This document shows, in pieces, positions 15,035-21,030 of a stretch of DNA of 28,133 nucleotides. Positions within the stretch are counted from its first letter, which is position 1, and every line of letters starts with the position of its first letter. The notes below the pieces were generated by a model, which worked only from the letters and a program-made list of their open reading frames with translations, had not been told where the DNA came from and did no database searches. This DNA is from a virus (taxonomy: Duplodnaviria > Heunggongvirae > Uroviricota > Caudoviricetes). The stretch lies in the IMG/VR virus record IMGVR_UViG_3300046006_001304; one strand, given 5' to 3'. The position numbers and the translations under genes were made by a program.

Positions 15035-15109
15035 TGGCGGTCTGTGGGGGAATCGAACCCCCGTAAGTGGATAGACAATCCACAGTAATAACCTCTATAC
15101 GAACAGACC
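15035..15109 (-). tRNA. tRNA-Asp(GUC), second copy
   Basis: GTGGA-TTGTCTA-TCCAC; G73, CCA. Confidence 0.92.
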
Positions 15110-15116
15110 TTAAACT

Positions 15117-15202
15117 TGGTGGAGTATCCTGGGATCGAACCAGGCGTGCCATTACGACGGCGGATTTACAGTCCACTGCATCACCATTGATGCTTCTACT
15201 CC
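15117..15202 (-). tRNA. tRNA-Tyr(GUA)
   Basis: GTGGA-CTGTAAA-TCCGC; long variable arm; A73, CCA. Confidence 0.95.
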
Positions 15203-15210
15203 ATGCTTAA

Positions 15211-15239
15211 ATTATAACACTCTCCCTCTATGATGTCAA
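15211..15239 (-). promoter_or_regulatory. sigma70-type promoter immediately upstream of tRNA-Tyr, embedded in an inverted repeat
   Basis: TTGACA-17 nt-TATAAT. Confidence 0.75.
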
Positions 15240-15470
15240 CCGCGTCGTAGGCGGAGGTGGAAAGTGTTTATTAAAGCATACTCGGCTTGTGACCTTATCC
15301 CCTAAACATTCTAGTTTCGGAATATGCTTTAATAACTAGTATTTTCTTCCCACAAGAGGGAATGCCATCCACTAGTCCGCCCGTTCGCTACGTGTTTTAA
15401 GTGCGTAGCAGAGTCCTCGTTACTCTATATTCACACTTTGCGTCAACGACTGCCTTGGCAATCTCAGCGT

Positions 15471-15508
15471 TAAAAACAAAAAACCCCAGGGTTTTAATCC
15501 TAGGGTCC
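15471..15508 (-). terminator. intrinsic terminator/attenuator
   Basis: GACCCTAGG-8 nt-CCTGGGGTT stem followed by TTTTGTTTTT. Confidence 0.8.
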
Positions 15509-15538
15509 TTGAAGTTTCGAAATGTATTAAGTTGTTAC

Positions 15539-15679
15539 TTAACCATCCCAGCCCTCCCGGACCCTGGTAATCTCTGGTGTGCGATCATATGATAGACTAT
15601 TAATCGCTAACCAGCAAGAGGCTATAACGCCTGCCTGTTTTGGCATCGGATTAAAATGATGTCTGTTAAATGATTGCAT
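15539..15679 (-). CDS. putative attenuator leader peptide (46 aa)
   Basis: MQSFNRHHFNPMPKQAGVIASCWLAINSLSYDRTPEITRVREGWDG*; lies between promoters and terminator; contains CCAGGGTCC, complementary to the terminator 5' arm. Confidence 0.7.
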   Translation of the reverse strand: MQSFNRHHFNPMPKQAGVIASCWLAINSLSYDRTPEITRVREGWDG

Positions 15680-15736
15680 TTTGGTTCTCGTTTACTCTCT
15701 TAAAATTTACTAGCGGAATGCTAGTGTCTTGTGTTA

Positions 15737-15765
15737 ATTATAGTGTCTTTCAACACCTCTGTCAA
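15737..15765 (-). promoter_or_regulatory. sigma70-type promoter for leader and tRNA array
   Basis: TTGACA-17 nt-TATAAT. Confidence 0.85.
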
Positions 15766-15818
15766 CATGTTTTGGCTAACTACAAAAAATATTTATCTCT
15801 TGCTGTTAATTAGTTTCT

Positions 15819-15847
15819 ATTATAAGAGTATTTATATCTCTTGTCAA
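15819..15847 (-). promoter_or_regulatory. tandem sigma70-type promoter with an internal T4-late-like TATAAATA
   Basis: TTGACA-17 nt-TATAAT; spacer contains TATAAATA. Confidence 0.8.
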
Positions 15848-15879
15848 GAACTATATGATAATGTGGTATTTTTACAACT

Positions 15880-16368
15880 TTAGGTTCGAACCGCCCCGAC
15901 TAAGTGTAATCTTGGTTCCTCAGAACAGTTCATAAATGAGTGGAACCGTGTGGTATCAGTTAAGTAAACATTGTTTACTGCCAAGTGGTACGGGGAAATT
16001 TCTTTAAAAGTAAAATAGCATTGACTGTTAGTTATTAATGGAATATGAATGCGAGGGCTTTCATCTTTGTGCATGCTGTAACATGCGTAGGGATTCAACC
16101 ACATCAGTCGTGTTTTAAATAATTTGTATTTGTTAATTAGCTCTTCAAATACAGTATCTTTAAAAAATGGATTTAAAATTGTTGAGGCAAATTCATCACC
16201 GCTACTTCGACCAACCGCACTCGCCCAAACGTCTTCGTTTATTTTATGTTGTAGACCAACTTGTTTTCCCTTAAATCCATAGTCGGCCCAAATCATATTA
16301 GGCTCGAGTCTAGTGTACTCATCTATAATTGGGGTGACATTGATTGTGTCAAGTATTTTTATTAGCAT
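15880..16368 (-). CDS. Asp/Asn beta-hydroxylase-like 2OG-Fe(II) oxygenase
   Basis: YSMHKDE.PRIHIPLITN...DTTRFHSFMNCS...RLHLV. Confidence 0.8.
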   Translation of the reverse strand: MLIKILDTINVTPIIDEYTRLEPNMIWADYGFKGKQVGLQHKINEDVWASAVGRSSGDEFASTILNPFFKDTVFEELINKYKLFKTRLMWLNPYACYSMHKDESPRIHIPLITNSQCYFTFKEISPYHLAVNNVYLTDTTRFHSFMNCSEEPRLHLVGAVRT

Positions 16369-16383
16369 AAAATATTTAGTCGT

Positions 16384-16408
16384 AAAAAAAGCCCCTGCGG
16401 GCTTTTTC
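16384..16408. terminator. intrinsic terminator (possibly bidirectional)
   Basis: A7-GCCC-CTGC-GGGC-T5. Confidence 0.8.
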
Positions 16409-16543
16409 TTAGAATGCCATTTCTTCGTATTCGTCTTTACCTACTCCGCATTCTGGACACTCAAAAGTTGCTGGAAGTTCATCCCATTTGCCTTCTAGTT
16501 CTTCATCGTGGACATGTCCACATACAATACATACGTGTTCCAT
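16409..16543 (-). CDS. rubredoxin
   Basis: Hand translation MEHVCIVCGHVHDEELEGKWDELPATFECPECGVGKDEYEEMAF: CxxC...W..LP..F.CPxCG..K. Confidence 0.92.
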   Translation of the reverse strand: MEHVCIVCGHVHDEELEGKWDELPATFECPECGVGKDEYEEMAF

Positions 16544-16992
16544 TATAGTGCCTCCAAAACTTGTTTATAAGCATTAGCATGGCGTTGCTCAACTTTTTGT
16601 AGAGCGGCAAAACGCTTTTCTGCTTTGGCTAATACTTGGGCAAATTGTTCTGCGTGTTCTTTGCTTTCTTCAATTTGATGACCTGCTTCAAAGGCAGCTT
16701 TAGTATTACCTTCGATCTCTGCGGCACGTTTAAAGTCTGGATACATTGTAGTGAATTCATATGTTTCACCCTCGATAGCTTTTTCTAAACATTCTTTAGT
16801 TGTTGGCTTACCGATGAGCAATTCTAAATGGCCCCATGCGTGTAGCAGTTCTTGATCTGCTGTATGTTCAAAATGTTTAGCAACATCTTCATACCCTTCT
16901 TCACGAGCAATCTTTGCAAAATAGCGATACTTAGTATGTGCTTGACTTTCACCTGCGAAAGCGGCCTCTAAGTTTTTAATTGTAATTGACAT
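16543..16992 (-). CDS. rubrerythrin (ferritin-like di-iron domain)
   Basis: NLEAAFAGESQA..KY..FAKIAREEG...E..HA...GETYE...MYP...E..HA; start MSITIK with GGAG SD. Confidence 0.92.
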   Translation of the reverse strand: MSITIKNLEAAFAGESQAHTKYRYFAKIAREEGYEDVAKHFEHTADQELLHAWGHLELLIGKPTTKECLEKAIEGETYEFTTMYPDFKRAAEIEGNTKAAFEAGHQIEESKEHAEQFAQVLAKAEKRFAALQKVEQRHANAYKQVLEAL

Positions 16993-17094
16993 AGTGTCTC
17001 CTTGTGTGTTTGTGCTATTATATAGCCTATTAAACTCCAAGGTCAATAGTTTTTCACTATAATTATTTCTATTAGGCTTATAGCTTTGTTTAAT

Positions 17095-17119
17095 AAAGAA
17101 ACCCGCCGGAGCGGGTTCT
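17095..17119 (-). terminator. intrinsic terminator after tmRNA
   Basis: AGAACCCGC-TCCG-GCGGGTTTCT-TTATT. Confidence 0.8.
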
Positions 17120-17495
17120 GCTATTTTGGATGACAAGGTATAACTACCTCGCAAGTGCTGTTTCTTAGGCAGCTAGTGCAAATGCGTCATCGTTTAAGGC
17201 GACGTCGACTTGCATGTACTTGAATGTATTTGCGTTTGCATTTACGATTTTTGTATTTTACGTGACCCCACGTGTTGAGTCGTTATCCTATCTCACCCTG
17301 TCGAAACCATGGCAGGCCCATTTAAACACACTTTGGTTTATTAAGAGTTATAGCTATGCTAAAGAGCTCCTGGGATACCAAACCTGATCTTTTTACAGAT
17401 TCAAGTATGCTTAGGTGGACCTGGCGGGAGTCGAACCCGCGTCCAGAACGCCTTACTTTACAACTTTGTCCATTCAAGGACTACAACAATTCCTT
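17120..17495 (-). ncRNA. ssrA: circularly permuted (two-piece) tmRNA
   Basis: Acceptor piece ...GGACGCGGGTTCGACTCCCGCCAGGTCCACC (3' end ~17414) precedes a ~94-nt spacer and the coding piece starting GGGCCTG..TTTCGAC (17319); G3:U70; tag ANANTFKYMQVDVALNDDAFALAA* at 17165-17239; outer limits approximate. Confidence 0.9.
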
Positions 17496-17563
17496 ACATA
17501 AAAACATGTATCAAAACAAATATAACAATTAAAACTGTTACAATGAATTGATACGCTTTCATT

Positions 17564-17767
17564 TTACTCTGGATGAATATTACTAGCTTGCTTACCCTTC
17601 ATTCCCTGTACTACATCAAACGTTACTGCTTGATTTTCTTGTAGAACTTTAAAACCTGGAGTCTGTATTGCTGAGTAGTGAGCAAATAAATCCTCACCGC
17701 CGTTGTCTGGAGTAATAAATCCAAAACCTTTGGTTTCATTAAACCATTTTACTTTACCTGTTGCCAT
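17564..17767 (-). CDS. cspA: cold-shock protein (CspA family)
   Basis: [28 protein letters not shown]; TTGCGT-17-TATAAT promoter at 17795-17823. Confidence 0.95.
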   Translation of the reverse strand: MATGKVKWFNETKGFGFITPDNGGEDLFAHYSAIQTPGFKVLQENQAVTFDVVQGMKGKQASNIHPE

Positions 17768-17879
17768 TATACTAATTTACCTTGTTAAAACACTATTATA
17801 GTGCCAGTTATTTATCAACGCAATCATTTTGGCAAATAATACTATAAATAACTATGTAGTTAAATCCGGGAGCGAATCG

Positions 17880-18161
17880 ATGGGTGATATTTTCAAAATT
17901 ATTGGAGATCTAGGATTTCCAGTTGCAGCGGCACTAGCGGGCGGGTATTTTGTATACCTAACAATCAAATTACTTTTGCAGGGCGTTTTAAGTTCAGTTA
18001 AAGGTATGGCTGGCATTATTACAGCACTTGATAACCGTGTTAAAACTATGAATCACGATGTTATACGTATTGATACTATTGTATCCAATGCGCTAGGGCT
18101 ACGTCCTGACGCAGACCGTATTGCACGAGCAGACGGTAAAAATGACGCTAGGAGAGATTAA
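17880..18161 (+). CDS. small single-TM protein with coiled-coil tail (holin-like?)
   Basis: Start MGDIFKII with GGAG SD; DLGFPVAAALAGGYFVY hydrophobic helix. Confidence 0.7.
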   Translation: MGDIFKIIGDLGFPVAAALAGGYFVYLTIKLLLQGVLSSVKGMAGIITALDNRVKTMNHDVIRIDTIVSNALGLRPDADRIARADGKNDARRD

Positions 18162-18355
18162 TGCGTCACTTTGATTACGAATGGGATTTGGAGACATGGG
18201 GCATTAAATTTGACCCAGAACTCAACATAGATAAACTAGGTTGGCGCCATGGTGATTGTTTTAAGATTACTAATGTTAACGGCCGTGCTATGTTAGTTAA
18301 ACTAGATCCCGTAGAACAGTTTGCACGAGGACACAAGGTGAATAGCGATGAATAA
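18161..18355 (+). CDS. hypothetical protein
   Basis: 64-aa ORF, TAATG coupled. Confidence 0.6.
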   Translation: MRHFDYEWDLETWGIKFDPELNIDKLGWRHGDCFKITNVNGRAMLVKLDPVEQFARGHKVNSDE

Positions 18356-18494
18356 ATGGACCGCATGGTATGACAGCTTGCCTGAACATACAAAACAATA
18401 TTTAAAAGCACAACCTATATGGCACGATAGAGACATGTGGAAAGCAGGGCTACTAGGTTGCGCTATTGGACTAGTAATAGGAGCAATACTATAA
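18348..18494 (+). CDS. small membrane protein (48 aa, MNKWTAWYDSLPEHTKQYLKAQPIWHD...)
   Basis: Hand translation; C-terminal hydrophobic helix; overlaps both neighbours. Confidence 0.65.
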   Translation: MNKWTAWYDSLPEHTKQYLKAQPIWHDRDMWKAGLLGCAIGLVIGAIL

Positions 18495-18811
18495 TGGATG
18501 TAGTAGAACTAGTAAACAAATATGGTTTCCCTATTGTCATGGCGGTGGGCATGGGATTCATCATTAAGTATGTATGGACTTGGGCTACTACTGAAGTCAA
18601 GCCGGTTATTAGCGATGCTAATACTGTTCTTATCGCACTAATAGATCGCATACGGATGTTAGACAACGACTTGATCCGTTTAAATCAAAAGGTTAATACT
18701 GTACTTCATTTGCGTGGCAAGACAATTGAATACGAACGGGTTGAAGCAGAAAAGAAAATAAATCAGCCTGAACAACCGGATGATAAAGAAGCAAAGGGCG
18801 GAAGCTCGTAA
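18494..18811 (+). CDS. small single-TM protein, paralog-like to 17880-18161
   Basis: MDVVELVNKYGFPIVMAVGMGF...ALIDRIRMLDNDLIRL resembles ...GFPVAAA...ALDNRVKTMNHDVIRI. Confidence 0.7.
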   Translation: MDVVELVNKYGFPIVMAVGMGFIIKYVWTWATTEVKPVISDANTVLIALIDRIRMLDNDLIRLNQKVNTVLHLRGKTIEYERVEAEKKINQPEQPDDKEAKGGSS

Positions 18812-18939
18812 AGAACACACCTTAGGACCGGTACTTGTTACCGTAAGTGTGGGGTGGCTACTACCCTAGGGAAACAATTCGCTACTGCGTACCTTAAAGT
18901 GTAGCATTTTTACGGAGAACGCATTTAGGAGTAACTACT

Positions 18940-19098
18940 ATGGTAAATGCTATTGCTTCACTGTTACTAGCAGGCATGCTATCAAACGAGCCTCGATGTG
19001 TTAAATGGACATGGACTGGCGATGTCTACAATCGTCGAGTGGTATGTGTAGAATGGTCTAAGCCTCCGCCCAAAGATAAGGATCCTAAGAAAACATGA
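18940..19098 (+). CDS. small secreted/membrane peptide (52 aa, two Cys)
   Basis: MVNAIASLLLAGMLSNEPRCVKWTWTGDVYNRRVVCVEWSKPPP...; AGGAG SD. Confidence 0.65.
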   Translation: MVNAIASLLLAGMLSNEPRCVKWTWTGDVYNRRVVCVEWSKPPPKDKDPKKT

Positions 19099-19577
19099 TT
19101 GATCCTATAACAATCGGCCTTGCTTTCACAGCCGCACAACAATCAGTGGGCTATATCAAAAAGGCCATTGCTCTAGGCAAGGATGTCAACAGCCTCTACG
19201 GACAGTTTGCCAAATTCTTTGAAAACAGCGATAAAATTCATGGTGCTAATGTAGCGGCACAAAACAGCAAGAATATTCTCACCGACGGTCAGATTAGATC
19301 GATGTCTATACAAATTGCCATGCAGAGTAAAGCACTCAGAGACGCAGAAAAACAACTCAAAGAACTGTTGATATATTCTGGAAATGGTGATGTGTGGGAG
19401 CAAATGATGGCTGAACGTGTGAGGATGTATAAAGAACGTGCCAAGTTACAAGCAGACTTGGCAAACGCTAGGATCCAAGCCAAAGCAGATTTAATAGACA
19501 GAGTGCTTATAGGTACAAGTTTTATGGCAATAGCAGTCCCTACAGTAATGTTTACTTTTGCTATGATAGTTAGATAA
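19095..19577 (+). CDS. hypothetical helical protein with C-terminal TM segment
   Basis: 160-aa ORF with ATGA overlap. Confidence 0.7.
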   Translation: MIDPITIGLAFTAAQQSVGYIKKAIALGKDVNSLYGQFAKFFENSDKIHGANVAAQNSKNILTDGQIRSMSIQIAMQSKALRDAEKQLKELLIYSGNGDVWEQMMAERVRMYKERAKLQADLANARIQAKADLIDRVLIGTSFMAIAVPTVMFTFAMIVR

Positions 19578-19613
19578 TTTATTTTTAGACGGTATAACCC
19601 AGCTAAATATTGT

Positions 19614-20318
19614 ATGGATAAAATTATAGCAACGTTAGTGATGACGCATATCACAATAGTGTGTGTTACACTATACCTACATAGAAGCCAAGCACATAGG
19701 GGGCTTGAATTCCACCCAATTTTAAGTCACTTTATGCGAGCATGGTTATGGCTAACTACAGGCATGACTACCAAGCAATGGGTAGCAGTACATCGCAAAC
19801 ATCATCAGAACACAGACGTAGAAGGTGATCCGCACTCGCCCCATGTATTTGGAATTTGGAATTTAGTTTTTGGTGGAGTCAAGTATTATAATCAAGCAGG
19901 TAGTGACGCTCATATGGTTATGAAATACGGAATGGGAACTCCCAAGGACTGGATTGAACGTAAACTTTATACACCCCACCATCGCCTTGGAGTTCTTGTA
20001 ATGCTGATCATAGATCTATTGTTATTTGGGCCATGGGGATTTCTAGTGTGGGGTGTTCAGATGATATGGATTCCATTCTGGGCCGCTGGCTTTATTAATG
20101 GCATAGGACATTGGTGGGGATATCGCAATGGGGAAACTAAAGACTACAGTCGCAATGTAGTTCCTTGGGGTATATTAATCGGTGGTGAAGAACTACACAA
20201 CAATCATCACTTGGATCCTGCTAATCCCAAACTGAGTCGTCGTTGGTTTGAATTTGATATTGGTTGGATGTGGTTTAAATTTTTCAGCTACGTGGGCTTG
20301 GCAAAACTTAGAAGTTAG
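19614..20318 (+). CDS. membrane fatty-acid (acyl-CoA delta-9 type) desaturase
   Basis: Three His boxes: HRSQAH, HRKHH, HNNHH. Confidence 0.93.
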   Translation: MDKIIATLVMTHITIVCVTLYLHRSQAHRGLEFHPILSHFMRAWLWLTTGMTTKQWVAVHRKHHQNTDVEGDPHSPHVFGIWNLVFGGVKYYNQAGSDAHMVMKYGMGTPKDWIERKLYTPHHRLGVLVMLIIDLLLFGPWGFLVWGVQMIWIPFWAAGFINGIGHWWGYRNGETKDYSRNVVPWGILIGGEELHNNHHLDPANPKLSRRWFEFDIGWMWFKFFSYVGLAKLRS

Positions 20319-21030
20319 TAGCAATAAATTCTGCTTCGGGTATACGGGTACGAGTATTCTTACTGCCCAGTACTACAACAATTCTGCGTCCAATCTCAGT
20401 GTCCATCATTATAACAACGCATCCGCCCGACGCATTAATAAATCCAGTCTTGCTAACTACAAAGTCGTGACGCTTGCCTATACTAGGATTAGTGTTATGA
20501 AATATAAACCATTTCTTTCTAATTTTAATTTTAACTTCGCTAGTACGTGAAGCTAACACAATCTCTGGATATTTTGCAGCTTCCATTATAATGGAAATTA
20601 AATCTTCAGCAGTACTAATATTCATTAGATTAAGCCCACTAGATTCAACAAAACGAGTTTTTGTTAAACCTAATGATTCTACTTTATTGTTCATTGCTCT
20701 AACACAAGATGCCGAACCGCCTGGGTAGTGTTTACATAAATCTAAACTTGATCGATTGTCTGATTTAACCAACGCTAATTGTATCATCTCCCCCCGTGTA
20801 TAGGGTTTAATATATTCATTTAAATCTTGTTTAGCATCTAACACAACCATGGCCGTGACAAGTTTAGTTATACTGGCAATACTTCGTTGTTGGTCAGTAT
20901 TTTCTCCATCTATAATCTTACCTTTGCTGTCTGCTACTAACCAGCTTTTAGCAGTAAGCGTTATGCCGCTTGATGGACTACTTACTAGTAGCGCGAAAGA
21001 TACCATCCCAATCTTTAGGAAGTTTAACAT
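20308..21030 (-). CDS. peptidase S11 (D-Ala-D-Ala carboxy/endopeptidase, PbpG-like)
   Basis: SITK (SxxK), SDN (SxN), KTG motifs; N-terminal signal-like segment. Confidence 0.9.
   Translation of the reverse strand: MLNFLKIGMVSFALLVSSPSSGITLTAKSWLVADSKGKIIDGENTDQQRSIASITKLVTAMVVLDAKQDLNEYIKPYTRGEMIQLALVKSDNRSSLDLCKHYPGGSASCVRAMNNKVESLGLTKTRFVESSGLNLMNISTAEDLISIIMEAAKYPEIVLASRTSEVKIKIRKKWFIFHNTNPSIGKRHDFVVSKTGFINASGGCVVIMMDTEIGRRIVVVLGSKNTRTRIPEAEFIATNF

Noticed and set aside
15401-15592. 63-aa plus-strand ORF over the attenuator
   Set aside because: Antisense to the promoter-leader-terminator unit; the minus-strand 46-aa ORF fits the regulatory architecture
15882-15900. T-loop-like GGTTCGAACC (also near 1652)
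   Set aside because: Inside coding sequence with no acceptor or anticodon arms
13562-17154. Longer N-termini from the ORF track for 13019-13642, 16543-17154, 8414-9088, 10070-10576 and 17829-18161
   Set aside because: Extensions overlap tRNA/tmRNA or promoters; downstream starts have an SD or the TAAATA-N4-ATG signature
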